Shown piece by piece: positions 40,639-49,794 of a stretch of DNA of 64,000 bases (its first letter is position 1; the number at the start of each line of letters is the position of its first letter). The notes below the pieces were generated by a model. The model made no database searches. It saw only the letters and a list, made by a program, of their open reading frames with translations, and was not told the origin of the DNA. Source of the DNA: Candidatus Kapaibacteriota bacterium (GTDB lineage: Bacteria > Bacteroidota > Ignavibacteria > Kapaibacteriales > UBA961). The translations under genes were made by a program, and so were the position numbers. The stretch is from NCBI GenBank assembly GCA_049426725.1, contig JBMSYN010000001.1:32003-96002 (forward strand), given 5' to 3'.

Positions 40639-42972
40639 TCATGGTGAAATCATGATGGGATTCATTTGAATGATTCCAACATTTGTGTGGATTAAAGGAA
40701 CATATATTCCGGATGGAATATCGAATGTAAATGGAATCTGGCGATTCACGGAAAAGTACGATTGCATAGGAATTCGATGTTTTCTCCCATATACATCATA
40801 GAAGTCAATCGATTGGACATATATATCGTGTTTTAACATAAGAAAGGAATTTGATTGAATCGGATGAGGTAAAAACTCACAATACAAAGCCTGCCCATTG
40901 GAAATTACATGTGAATTCACTTCTATGCCACATTTAATGAAATCGTTGATTTCAAACGGTTTTCCATAACCGATCAGGGGATAAACAAGAGAGGAGCAGG
41001 TATCTCTAAACACTATCGTATCTCTCCATATCCCTATTGAATCAGGAGAGAAGCATATGTCCAATGTCAATGAATCAAGTGGTTTTATGTTTATAGGAAA
41101 CTGACTCATTGGCATTGAAAATTCAATATTTCTCCTAATGTATGGTAATTCAAGAGTATAATTTGAAATGGCATTTTTATTGGTGAATGTCAATGTGATG
41201 CATGTTTTACCGCTTACAATGGTTGTATCAAATTCCAAAGAAGTTTTACCTGATATTGAAGTGGATAAATAATTATCGAGGTCAACTTTTTCAATTGTCA
41301 ATGTATCTGAAAACAGTAAACAACCAATAGAATCTGTTAATACAACATGATATCTTCCTGCATCTTTTACCATAATGGATTGCTTTGTATCACCCGTATT
41401 CCATACATATGACCGATATCCGGAAGGAGCGACTAACTCAGTGGAATCTGAATTGCACAAAATGGCTTTTCCGCTATGTTGTATCATTGGTTTTCTTGTA
41501 TTATTCCATGCAATAGTTGGAATTTTTAATCTTCTTGAGCATTTCAAACTATCAAACACATCTACATATAACCCGGATGGATTAGAATTTCTATTGTAAA
41601 CTTTTTCAGTATCATTGGTTCCATCATACCATAACAATGAATCATAGGTGCCTTCCACCTTGATTGTGATAATGTCATTTTCACAAAGAATGGTATCTTT
41701 TCTGATATTCAACTTTGCTTGAACCGGATTATTAAACAATACATTCAATGTATCATAAACAATCGTACATGTTGGTTTGTGAAATGCCCTAACAATGACG
41801 GTAGTATTTGTTGTAATAAATGTAGTTGATTGTGAACTTCCACTGGAATTCCAAACAATATTTTCAAATTCATCAGTGAGTTCAAGGCGAACTGTATCAC
41901 CAAAGCAATATGGCATTGGTGGGTTCTTTATAAAATCTCTGGGTAATTCAGTGTAAGAAAACTTAAAAATACCTTGGCCGGCCGCCCATCCCAAGCTATC
42001 ATTTACAAACCACATATCGTCGATATTAGCGCCATTCAAGCCACAATTGTACTTATCCCATTGTATACCTGCATTTGAAGTGTATAACACTTCTCCCAAA
42101 TCACCGCATATCCACCCTTTCTTTTCATCAATCAGAAAAGAACCAAACATTGATTTGTTTGTGGTAAATGTATTCCAGCTCTTGCCATTGTCTGTTGTAA
42201 AATTTGCACCACCTACATTGCGAGCCCCTCCAAAACAATCATCGCCGGCAAAAGGAGTAAGAAATGAATTGTTGATATGTGTCAGCTCTTCTGCCCATGC
42301 ACGAGGTCCTGATATAGTTGCAAAAACAGACCATGATTTTCCACCATCCAATGTTCGCCAAAGCAAACCGCTTGAAACAGCATATCCGAGTCCATCTTTT
42401 GAGTAAAGGATAACATCTGCTAATCCTGATTCAAATTCATTTCCATCAAAAAATGTCCAACTGCTACCACCATTTGTTGTTCTTGCAAACAATTGCTCAG
42501 TAAGATTACAACCACCTCCAACGAACATACCATTGTCCTTGTCAACAAAATAACATCCCCACACTTGACTATTTAGATTATTTACACCAATGTCCTGCCA
42601 TGTCAATCCGCCATCTAGCGTTTTGAAAACACCACCCGGACCTGATGTAAAACCATGAATTGAATCAACGAAATGAATGCTTTCAAGAAATGGACCCCCT
42701 GCTATAATGGAAGCTCGCCAAGTATTTCCACCATCTGTAGTTCTTGCGATATGACCATCGAAACCACATGCCCAACCATGATCTGAATCAGATGGTAAAA
42801 AAAAGATATCCAAAAAGTATCCATTTGCTATGGATTGTGGCAAAGGTACTTTCTTCCAGGTTCTTACGGTTTGAGAACTTGTAGAATTCATATTGATGAT
42901 ACATGCCAAACTCAGTATCATCAAAGATTTCAGAAAGAATAGTATAGCAGGAAAAGGCATGAATAGATCCAA
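40639..42972 (-). CDS. Secreted Ycf48/BNR-like beta-propeller protein with Ig-like repeats and a divergent C-terminal T9SS-like tail (777 aa)
   Basis: There is a signal peptide. Motifs TTDGGNTW, TLDGGLTW, TTNGGSSW, TLDGGKSW and TTDNGKSW are present. Ig-like Cys-framed repeats follow. The C-terminus LPHPIQSNSFL...IDFYDVYGRKH...PSGIYVPLI resembles a T9SS C-terminal domain. Confidence 0.6.
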   Translation of the reverse strand: MDLFMPFPAILFFLKSLMILSLACIINMNSTSSQTVRTWKKVPLPQSIANGYFLDIFFLPSDSDHGWACGFDGHIARTTDGGNTWRASIIAGGPFLESIHFVDSIHGFTSGPGGVFKTLDGGLTWQDIGVNNLNSQVWGCYFVDKDNGMFVGGGCNLTEQLFARTTNGGSSWTFFDGNEFESGLADVILYSKDGLGYAVSSGLLWRTLDGGKSWSVFATISGPRAWAEELTHINNSFLTPFAGDDCFGGARNVGGANFTTDNGKSWNTFTTNKSMFGSFLIDEKKGWICGDLGEVLYTSNAGIQWDKYNCGLNGANIDDMWFVNDSLGWAAGQGIFKFSYTELPRDFIKNPPMPYCFGDTVRLELTDEFENIVWNSSGSSQSTTFITTNTTVIVRAFHKPTCTIVYDTLNVLFNNPVQAKLNIRKDTILCENDIITIKVEGTYDSLLWYDGTNDTEKVYNRNSNPSGLYVDVFDSLKCSRRLKIPTIAWNNTRKPMIQHSGKAILCNSDSTELVAPSGYRSYVWNTGDTKQSIMVKDAGRYHVVLTDSIGCLLFSDTLTIEKVDLDNYLSTSISGKTSLEFDTTIVSGKTCITLTFTNKNAISNYTLELPYIRRNIEFSMPMSQFPINIKPLDSLTLDICFSPDSIGIWRDTIVFRDTCSSLVYPLIGYGKPFEINDFIKCGIEVNSHVISNGQALYCEFLPHPIQSNSFLMLKHDIYVQSIDFYDVYGRKHRIPMQSYFSVNRQIPFTFDIPSGIYVPLIHTNVGIIQMNPIMISP

Positions 42973-43153
42973 AAATACCCATCTGCAAAATAGCGATTAT
43001 ACCTAAATAGCACTATGTTTTGCTAGTAGCACTGAAAAATTTAAGAATAACATACAGATTAAACCATATTATATAATATATTTCAGTATTGGAAATGATA
43101 ATTTTAAGTGTAAATTGGGATTAGTTCGTTCGATGCTCACCCCCTATTACTCA

Positions 43154-44728
43154 ATGAGCAATACCATGAAAGACAATACCATCAACAGAAGAGAATTTTT
43201 GCGAGGTAATCTCATCAAAAAAAGTGAGATGACTTTATCAGATACGCTCAAACCCTATGATAAACCATTGGATAGTGTAACTGCAGCACATTTGCTTCGC
43301 AGACTTTCTTTTTCTCCAACACATCAACAGATTGATTCCTTCATTGGTAAGACCGCTCAAGAAGCCGTAACAATACTTCTTGGGGATTCAAATAATGAAT
43401 ATCAACCAAAGTCCTCACCAAGTTGGATTGATGCGGTAACAGAAAATCCATATGGAGCGGACATCTATACGAGATTCCAAATCGAAGGTCAATGGAAAAA
43501 TTATCACAATGATCTTCAAGCTTGGTGGATTCGATTGATGATCGGGGAATCAACTCCAAGTGTTGAAAAACTAGTTCATTTTTGGTCAGGACATTTCACC
43601 ACCGAATTTTCTTATGATGATGCATATATCCCTCCGCAAATTCTATTTAGACAATTAGCAATGTTTAGAAAGAATCGCTTAGGGAATTTCAAGAAATTCG
43701 TAGAGGATGTAACCCTTGATCCGGGCATGCTGATTTATCTTGGTGGTATACTCAATACGAATCGAAAACCCAATGAGAATTATGCCCGAGAATTGATGGA
43801 ATTGTATACAACCGGCATCGGGCATTATACAGAAGGTGATGTCAAAGAGGCTGCTCGGGTATTAACGGGCTGGAAAGTTGCAAGATATAATGACGAACCT
43901 GCAAGAAATGGTATATATAATTCTTATTTCAATCCAAGCGACCATGATACAGAAGCGAAGCAGTTCATGGGAAGATCCATTCCTGCACGCGATCCTGCTT
44001 TTAATACAGAATATTTGGTTAAAACTGAAGAGATCAGAGAATTGCTCAATATTCTCTTTGATATTAGAAAAGTAGCTATTGGCAGATTTATATCGGGTAA
44101 AATCTACCGATATTTCTTTTATAGCAATCCAAGTTATGATGCTATAAAATTCATACAAGAATGTGGAACTTATTTCACAGATCAAGATTTTGAATTGTAC
44201 CCTCTCTTCCATGCAATGCTATCAAGTGAGCATTTCTTCAATGAGAATATCATTGGAGCTCAAATTAAGAGTCCTACAGAACTGATATGTGGATTATCTC
44301 GCTTAACAAATAAACCTCTTTCAAATATTCCGGGTAATCTAAATGCGATGGAAGAAGTGTTGATTGATCCACCCACAGTTTTTGGTTGGGAGGCACATCA
44401 TCGCTGGATAACAACAAAAACTTTCCCAAACAGAGTGAAATTTTCTAAAGACCTCATTACTCAGATGTCAGATGCTGAACTAATTGCATTCATCAAATCG
44501 TTCAATTCATATGATGATGCTGTTCAATTAACAAAAGATGTCACCATATTGTTCTTTCCGAAACTTCCTCCACAAGAAGTATTGGATATCTACACAAATC
44601 AACAGTTATTACAAAATCAGCCGGTGTATGAATGGTCTGATATGGTGAAAGGTACTGTTGCTGCAGCCAGAGGCATGCGCGCCTTGCTTCAAGCAATAAC
44701 AAAAAATCCAGCTTTCCAATTATGTTAA
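43154..44728 (+). CDS. DUF1800 family protein
   Basis: The signature DLQAWWIRLMIGESTPSVEKLVHFWSGHF (DUF1800 L-x2-WW-x-RM...EKMT-FWH-HF) is present. The track start at 43115 is TTG; ATGs lie at 43133, 43154 and 43166. The N-terminus has RREFLR but no hydrophobic h-region. Confidence 0.7.
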   Translation: MSNTMKDNTINRREFLRGNLIKKSEMTLSDTLKPYDKPLDSVTAAHLLRRLSFSPTHQQIDSFIGKTAQEAVTILLGDSNNEYQPKSSPSWIDAVTENPYGADIYTRFQIEGQWKNYHNDLQAWWIRLMIGESTPSVEKLVHFWSGHFTTEFSYDDAYIPPQILFRQLAMFRKNRLGNFKKFVEDVTLDPGMLIYLGGILNTNRKPNENYARELMELYTTGIGHYTEGDVKEAARVLTGWKVARYNDEPARNGIYNSYFNPSDHDTEAKQFMGRSIPARDPAFNTEYLVKTEEIRELLNILFDIRKVAIGRFISGKIYRYFFYSNPSYDAIKFIQECGTYFTDQDFELYPLFHAMLSSEHFFNENIIGAQIKSPTELICGLSRLTNKPLSNIPGNLNAMEEVLIDPPTVFGWEAHHRWITTKTFPNRVKFSKDLITQMSDAELIAFIKSFNSYDDAVQLTKDVTILFFPKLPPQEVLDIYTNQQLLQNQPVYEWSDMVKGTVAAARGMRALLQAITKNPAFQLC

Positions 44729-44750
44729 TGCTTCCGGGAGTATATTCATC

Positions 44751-46376
44751 ATGAAACGCAGAACTCTTCTCAAAGCCGGTGCATTGGCCGGAGCAGCGGC
44801 ATCATTTGGTTCAATTCCAATCTTTGCACAAAATCCAATAGGAGCACTTGGTGCTGCCGGCATAGACAATGATGCAATATTGATTATCATTCAAATGTTT
44901 GGTGGTAATGATGGTTTGAACACAATCATACCTGCAGATGACCCTGAATACATTAAAATCAGACCTAATATTGCAGTAAGAACGGATAATCCAATCACAA
45001 ATAGAAGACCAAAAAAAATATTGAATTCCGATGTCTATTTCCACCCGGCACTAGTTGATGGTGTTCATAGAAATGGTTTTCTTGGACTTATTGAAGAAGG
45101 AAGATTGGCAGTTATTCAGGGTACGGGTTATGAGAATCCAAATCTTTCTCATTTTCGCTCAACAGACATCTGGCTTAGCGGACTCAATGATTCAAACGGT
45201 GAAACCCGACTAAATGAAGGATGGATAGGTAGATTGTTTGAAAATAATTATCCAGACTTCCCCATTGTCATGCCGGATCATCCTCTTTGTTTACAATTGG
45301 GTGGGTCCTTGTCAATGTTATTACAAAGCGACAAAGGAGATATGGGCCTTGCAATCGGCGATGTTGATCAATTTGTAAAAGAAGGAAATACAGGATCAGA
45401 TTTCCCTTTGATGAATGGAACTACGCCTTATGACAATGAGTACAACTATATTCGTTCAATTGCAAAGAAAGGTGATATTTATAATAAAGTCATAGAAGAA
45501 GCTTGGGCAAAAGGGATTAATGCACCCGGGATTGATTATGCCATCAGCAATGGGGCCAAAGGAAGTTTGGTACGCCAAATGGGCATTATCTCCAAATTGA
45601 TTTCAGGCGGCTTGAAAACCAAAGTTTATCTTGCTCAAATCGGTGGTTTTGATACGCATGTTCAACAGCAAGACATGAACAATAATGGACAACATCCAGC
45701 ATTGCTAAATCAATTGGCGAATGCAATAAGTTTATTTATGGATGATGCCGTAAAACAGGGTTTTGCAAATCGCGTTGTTGGTTTGACTGTCTCGGAGTTT
45801 GGAAGAAGGCCTTATGAAAACGGTTCAAATGGAACTGATCATGGCACCACATCGGTACAATTCGCATTTGGTACTCGTGTTCAAGCGAATGTTTTTGGAG
45901 CAAATCCAGATTTTTCAGATTTGAATAATAATGGCGATCTGGCTTTCGATTTGAATCGGAATATTGATTATCGCAGATTATATTCTGAAATCATTCAAAC
46001 ATGGTTTGGTGGAAGTGCTGAAGATTCAAAAACAATTTTAAATGAAAGAGTAGTTCCTTTGCCTTATTTACAAAGTCCCATATCATCTCTCAATGATCCA
46101 ATCATGGCATATGGTAATAATGGCATTCGTTATTCAGAAAATTACAATGTACCAAATAGCGGAAATATCCATGTCGAAGTTAAAAAAGATTGTCATATTC
46201 AGATACGACTATACAATTCACTAGGTACATATTCAGGTGATTTGTTTAATGGGTATATTCAAGCTGGAAAACATGTTATCCCTGTTGATGTATCTCAATT
46301 TACTTCAGGAATGTATATTTGCGAACTGTCATCAGGGATGTTCAGACATACCACGTCTCTTTTTGTTCGCAGATAA
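44751..46376 (+). CDS. DUF1501 family protein with a Tat signal peptide and a T9SS C-terminal sorting domain
   Basis: The Tat signal is MKRRTLLKAGALAGAAASFGSIPIFA-QNP. The DUF1501 core motif is AQIGGFDTHVQQ. The C-terminal ~70 aa (IQIRLYNSLGTYSGDLFNGYIQAGKHVIPVDVSQFTSGMYICEL) fits the T9SS C-terminal-domain pattern. An SD-like GGGAG lies 9 bp upstream. Confidence 0.7.
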   Translation: MKRRTLLKAGALAGAAASFGSIPIFAQNPIGALGAAGIDNDAILIIIQMFGGNDGLNTIIPADDPEYIKIRPNIAVRTDNPITNRRPKKILNSDVYFHPALVDGVHRNGFLGLIEEGRLAVIQGTGYENPNLSHFRSTDIWLSGLNDSNGETRLNEGWIGRLFENNYPDFPIVMPDHPLCLQLGGSLSMLLQSDKGDMGLAIGDVDQFVKEGNTGSDFPLMNGTTPYDNEYNYIRSIAKKGDIYNKVIEEAWAKGINAPGIDYAISNGAKGSLVRQMGIISKLISGGLKTKVYLAQIGGFDTHVQQQDMNNNGQHPALLNQLANAISLFMDDAVKQGFANRVVGLTVSEFGRRPYENGSNGTDHGTTSVQFAFGTRVQANVFGANPDFSDLNNNGDLAFDLNRNIDYRRLYSEIIQTWFGGSAEDSKTILNERVVPLPYLQSPISSLNDPIMAYGNNGIRYSENYNVPNSGNIHVEVKKDCHIQIRLYNSLGTYSGDLFNGYIQAGKHVIPVDVSQFTSGMYICELSSGMFRHTTSLFVRR

Positions 46377-46378
46377 AC

Positions 46379-48199
46379 GTGAAACGTATATTCACCACAT
46401 TTCTCATCTTGATGTTCTTGATGAGCTCTCCATTTGGATTTGCTCAACAAAGGAAATCAGAAAAATATCAATTGGCAATCACATACGAACAACAAGGTGA
46501 TTTCCGAAATGCAGCTCGCTTATTCCAAGAACTACTTTCCGAAAACCCAGGTGAACCAATTTATTTTCAAGGGGTTGCAAGGTCATTATCCGCTTTGCAA
46601 AGATATCTCGAACTTATGCCTTTAATTGAGATTGAATTGGGAAAAAGACAATCAATTGATCTCTTTTGCCTTGCATCTGTTACAGCAAAGAAATCGAATA
46701 ATCCCCAAAAATCTCAGCAATATTTTGAATTAGCTATCAATGCTGTCGATCTACTTGGCAATGATTTTGAAATTGACAATGCCATTCGACTTATAGCACA
46801 ATCTCAATCTGACATTGGTGCTTTTGACAATGCATTGTCTACTTATTCCAAAGGGAGATCAAAGCTCAAAAACATGAAACATGCTTATGCAGATGAGTTA
46901 AGTATGTTATATGTTCAAATGGGAAATGTAGAGCTTGGCATAAAGGAAATCACCAATCTCTTCAAACAACAACAACAATACGGCATCATTCAAGGAAGAA
47001 TAGCAGCATTACTCATTAATCAGGAAGCAGTCTCAGTGATAGAAACTGAACTTGCCTCATTGTCCAAAAGTGATTTTGCCTTTTCAAAAGTGTATGTATG
47101 GTTTTTGCGCGAAACAAAACAATATGACAAAGCTTTTCAGCAAGCATTTTCCATAGATAATGGACTTGGTTTGCAGGGTCGGGAGATTCTTGAATTCGCA
47201 GATATTACTCTGAAAGATGGTCTATTTGACATTGCCATGAATGCTTATGGAAATATACTCGACAGAGGGAAAAACAATCCTTATTTTTCAACCGCACTCT
47301 ATGGCTATGCCAAGTCAATGGATCAACGTTTGCAATCGACGTCAAATGCGGAGATATCCAAAACCGAAATTCAAACAATTATTAATCGCTATAAAGATAT
47401 ACTTGCTCAGTCACCAAATGGACAATTTGCCGCAGAGTGCATGTATCGCATAGGTGTATTGCAACTTACCTATCTCAATGACATAAATGAAGCAAGAGAA
47501 AACTTTGAACAAGTGATGAATTCCTTTAAAAACTATCCCATAAGTGCAAGAGCAGCGACACAAATCATAGAAATGTCGATTGTTTCAAATGATTTAGACA
47601 TGGCAATTGAGCTTGCTCAACAAACTTCAACAATGTATCAATATATGAACCCAGAAGAATCTGATAAGTCTCGATTCTTATTTGCACAAATTTTATTCTT
47701 CAAGGGTTTTATAGATTCATCAAAAGCAATCTTAGTGAGTTTGGCCGGCAAAACGGATTCAGACATATCAAATGATGCACTTGAATTATCACTTTTTCTT
47801 GAACAACATAAACAATTTCAGGCGGGTTTACTTTCTTGGGGAAAGGCAATGATGTATGTGAAGCAAAAGAATTTCTCAAAAGCAATTGACACATATCGAG
47901 AAATAGTCTTAAACACCAAGGGTACGGAATTGGCAGAACAGGCTCAGTATTGTCTATGCGAGTTAATGAAAGACATTGATGTAGTCATTGCTTTGGAGGA
48001 AAGTCAAGTATTTATAAAGGAATATCCTGAGAGTATTCAGACTGATAAAATACTGTTTCTTATTGCAGAGATATACATCCAAAAACAACAGATTTCGGAA
48101 GCTATAACGATACTTACAGACATACTAGTTCGATTTCCTACGTCCCAATATGCCAGAAAGTCAAGAGAAATGATTCGAAGATTACGAGGCGACAGTTGA
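46379..48199 (+). CDS. Secreted TPR-repeat protein (~606 aa)
   Basis: There is a GTG start 2 bp after the DUF1501 stop, a signal peptide (VKRIFTTFLILMFLMSSPFGFAQQ) and multiple TPR-like repeats. Confidence 0.55.
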   Translation: MKRIFTTFLILMFLMSSPFGFAQQRKSEKYQLAITYEQQGDFRNAARLFQELLSENPGEPIYFQGVARSLSALQRYLELMPLIEIELGKRQSIDLFCLASVTAKKSNNPQKSQQYFELAINAVDLLGNDFEIDNAIRLIAQSQSDIGAFDNALSTYSKGRSKLKNMKHAYADELSMLYVQMGNVELGIKEITNLFKQQQQYGIIQGRIAALLINQEAVSVIETELASLSKSDFAFSKVYVWFLRETKQYDKAFQQAFSIDNGLGLQGREILEFADITLKDGLFDIAMNAYGNILDRGKNNPYFSTALYGYAKSMDQRLQSTSNAEISKTEIQTIINRYKDILAQSPNGQFAAECMYRIGVLQLTYLNDINEARENFEQVMNSFKNYPISARAATQIIEMSIVSNDLDMAIELAQQTSTMYQYMNPEESDKSRFLFAQILFFKGFIDSSKAILVSLAGKTDSDISNDALELSLFLEQHKQFQAGLLSWGKAMMYVKQKNFSKAIDTYREIVLNTKGTELAEQAQYCLCELMKDIDVVIALEESQVFIKEYPESIQTDKILFLIAEIYIQKQQISEAITILTDILVRFPTSQYARKSREMIRRLRGDS

Positions 48200-48200
48200 A

Positions 48201-48971
48201 TCAAAGATCGAATGGATTCTCATCAGGATCTTCAAGTGTATCCCCTTCCTCATCTTGAGTCACCTTTTTCCCAATCATGAATATCAAGGCTCTTATCATC
48301 CCCAACAGCATATACCCACACATCACATAAAATAAATATGCTCCTTTGCTGTAGATTGTCAATGCAAATGCAAGTAATCCTAAAACAAAAATCAAAGGTC
48401 TTTCTTTGAATGAGGCAATCGTTGGTTTTGGGATATTGTCAAATTTAATTGTACTAATCATTGCCAATGCAACAACAATCACGATACATGTTGTAGTGAT
48501 GAGTACATAATCGGGAGGAATCAAGCCTGATGGAACAATAAAAATCCCATAGGAGACCAAAATCAAGGCACCTGAAGGGATTGGCATGCCAGAGAAATAT
48601 AATTTGTCTTCAAAACCCGCCAATTGCACATTGAATCTTGCCAATCTATACACTCCAGCCAAAGCAGAAAGTGACGCAATCAATACGCCAATAGGCCCTA
48701 TAACATACAAGACAGTAGAATACAAAAGGAAGGATGGAGCCACACCAAATGAAACTGCATCACACAATGAATCCAATTCAACTCCAAGTTCGCTAGTGGA
48801 GCGAGTCAATCTTGCCATAGTTCCATCTAAAACATCAAACATACCTGCAAACAAAATAAACATGCCTGCTCTTTGAAGATCACCTTCAGAAATAGCAACA
48901 ATTGCAGAAAATCCTGAAAACAAGTTTGCAAGCGTAAAAAGATTGGGTATGATTGATCGCGTAATTCTCAT
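48201..48971 (-). CDS. pssA: CDP-diacylglycerol--serine O-phosphatidyltransferase
   Basis: CDP-OH phosphatidyltransferase motif FDVLDGTMARLTRSTSELGVELDSLCD is present, with PssA-like topology. It converges on the TPR gene with only 1 bp between the stop codons. Confidence 0.75.
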   Translation of the reverse strand: MRITRSIIPNLFTLANLFSGFSAIVAISEGDLQRAGMFILFAGMFDVLDGTMARLTRSTSELGVELDSLCDAVSFGVAPSFLLYSTVLYVIGPIGVLIASLSALAGVYRLARFNVQLAGFEDKLYFSGMPIPSGALILVSYGIFIVPSGLIPPDYVLITTTCIVIVVALAMISTIKFDNIPKPTIASFKERPLIFVLGLLAFALTIYSKGAYLFYVMCGYMLLGMIRALIFMIGKKVTQDEEGDTLEDPDENPFDL

Positions 48972-48983
48972 TGATTGAAGGTC

Positions 48984-49652
48984 TTATTCAATAGTAGTAT
49001 TGGGCAAATATGGGAGAATTTCTATCAAATATTGTATTGCATGTTCAAGTTCTTCTTTGGAGCCATTGTTTTCGATCAAAAAATCGCAATGTTCTTTCAG
49101 AATTTCATCACTCACTTGCGACTTTATTCTTCCTTCAATTTGAGACTTTGTCATACCTCTGTCTTTTATGAGACGCTCATATCTCAATTCCGGGGTGGTA
49201 ATAACCCCAATCACATAATCAAATCCATCCTCTAAATTAGACTCAAAGAGCAATGCTATATCAATGATAACAACATCATTCAAATCAGCCAATTCACCTG
49301 CTTTGGTAAATACATGGTCCAATAATGCAGGATGAACTATTGAGTTCAAATCCAATAAAGATTTGTTATTGTTATCTTCAAAAACTAATGAAGCTAGATA
49401 ATCAGTATGGATAGTACCTTCTTTGGTATATGTAGATTCACCAAATCTTTGAATCAAGCGTTCTTTCACCAGCGGATCATGTTCCATGATGAAACGTGCT
49501 TCTACATCGGCATTAATCACCGGAAATCCCGCATCTTCAAAGACTTGAGCAACCGTTGATTTCCCTGAACCTATTCCACCGGTCAGTCCAATGAGAAGCG
49601 GCTCGCCTTCGATTTCCTCATTTTGCTGATCTATCTGACCTGAATTCTGCAT
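48984..49652 (-). CDS. coaE: Dephospho-CoA kinase
   Basis: P-loop IGLTGGIGSGKST is present. An ~80-aa C-terminal extension follows. Confidence 0.8.
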   Translation of the reverse strand: MQNSGQIDQQNEEIEGEPLLIGLTGGIGSGKSTVAQVFEDAGFPVINADVEARFIMEHDPLVKERLIQRFGESTYTKEGTIHTDYLASLVFEDNNNKSLLDLNSIVHPALLDHVFTKAGELADLNDVVIIDIALLFESNLEDGFDYVIGVITTPELRYERLIKDRGMTKSQIEGRIKSQVSDEILKEHCDFLIENNGSKEELEHAIQYLIEILPYLPNTTIE

Positions 49653-49794
49653 GTATAAACAAACTTGGTGGACAAAAGAAGGAATTTTGAACTTGATGTG
49701 ACTGTTAAGAACATTGGTAAATCTACGGAATTTCGCTAATTTGCCATTATTCCATCACCTAAGATATTACACACCGCTTCTAGGAGTACAGTAG

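Noticed and set aside
43154-43230. RREFLR motif at the DUF1800 N-terminus as a Tat signal
   Set aside because: The motif is not followed by a hydrophobic h-region or signal-peptidase site, so it is probably not an export signal.
49715-49745. Bacteroidota-type sigma-A promoter (TTG ... TAnnTTTG) upstream of the E2 gene
   Set aside because: A TAATTTG element exists, but the organism appears to use Shine-Dalgarno sequences and may not use the Bacteroidia promoter consensus. The call is too speculative to list as a feature.
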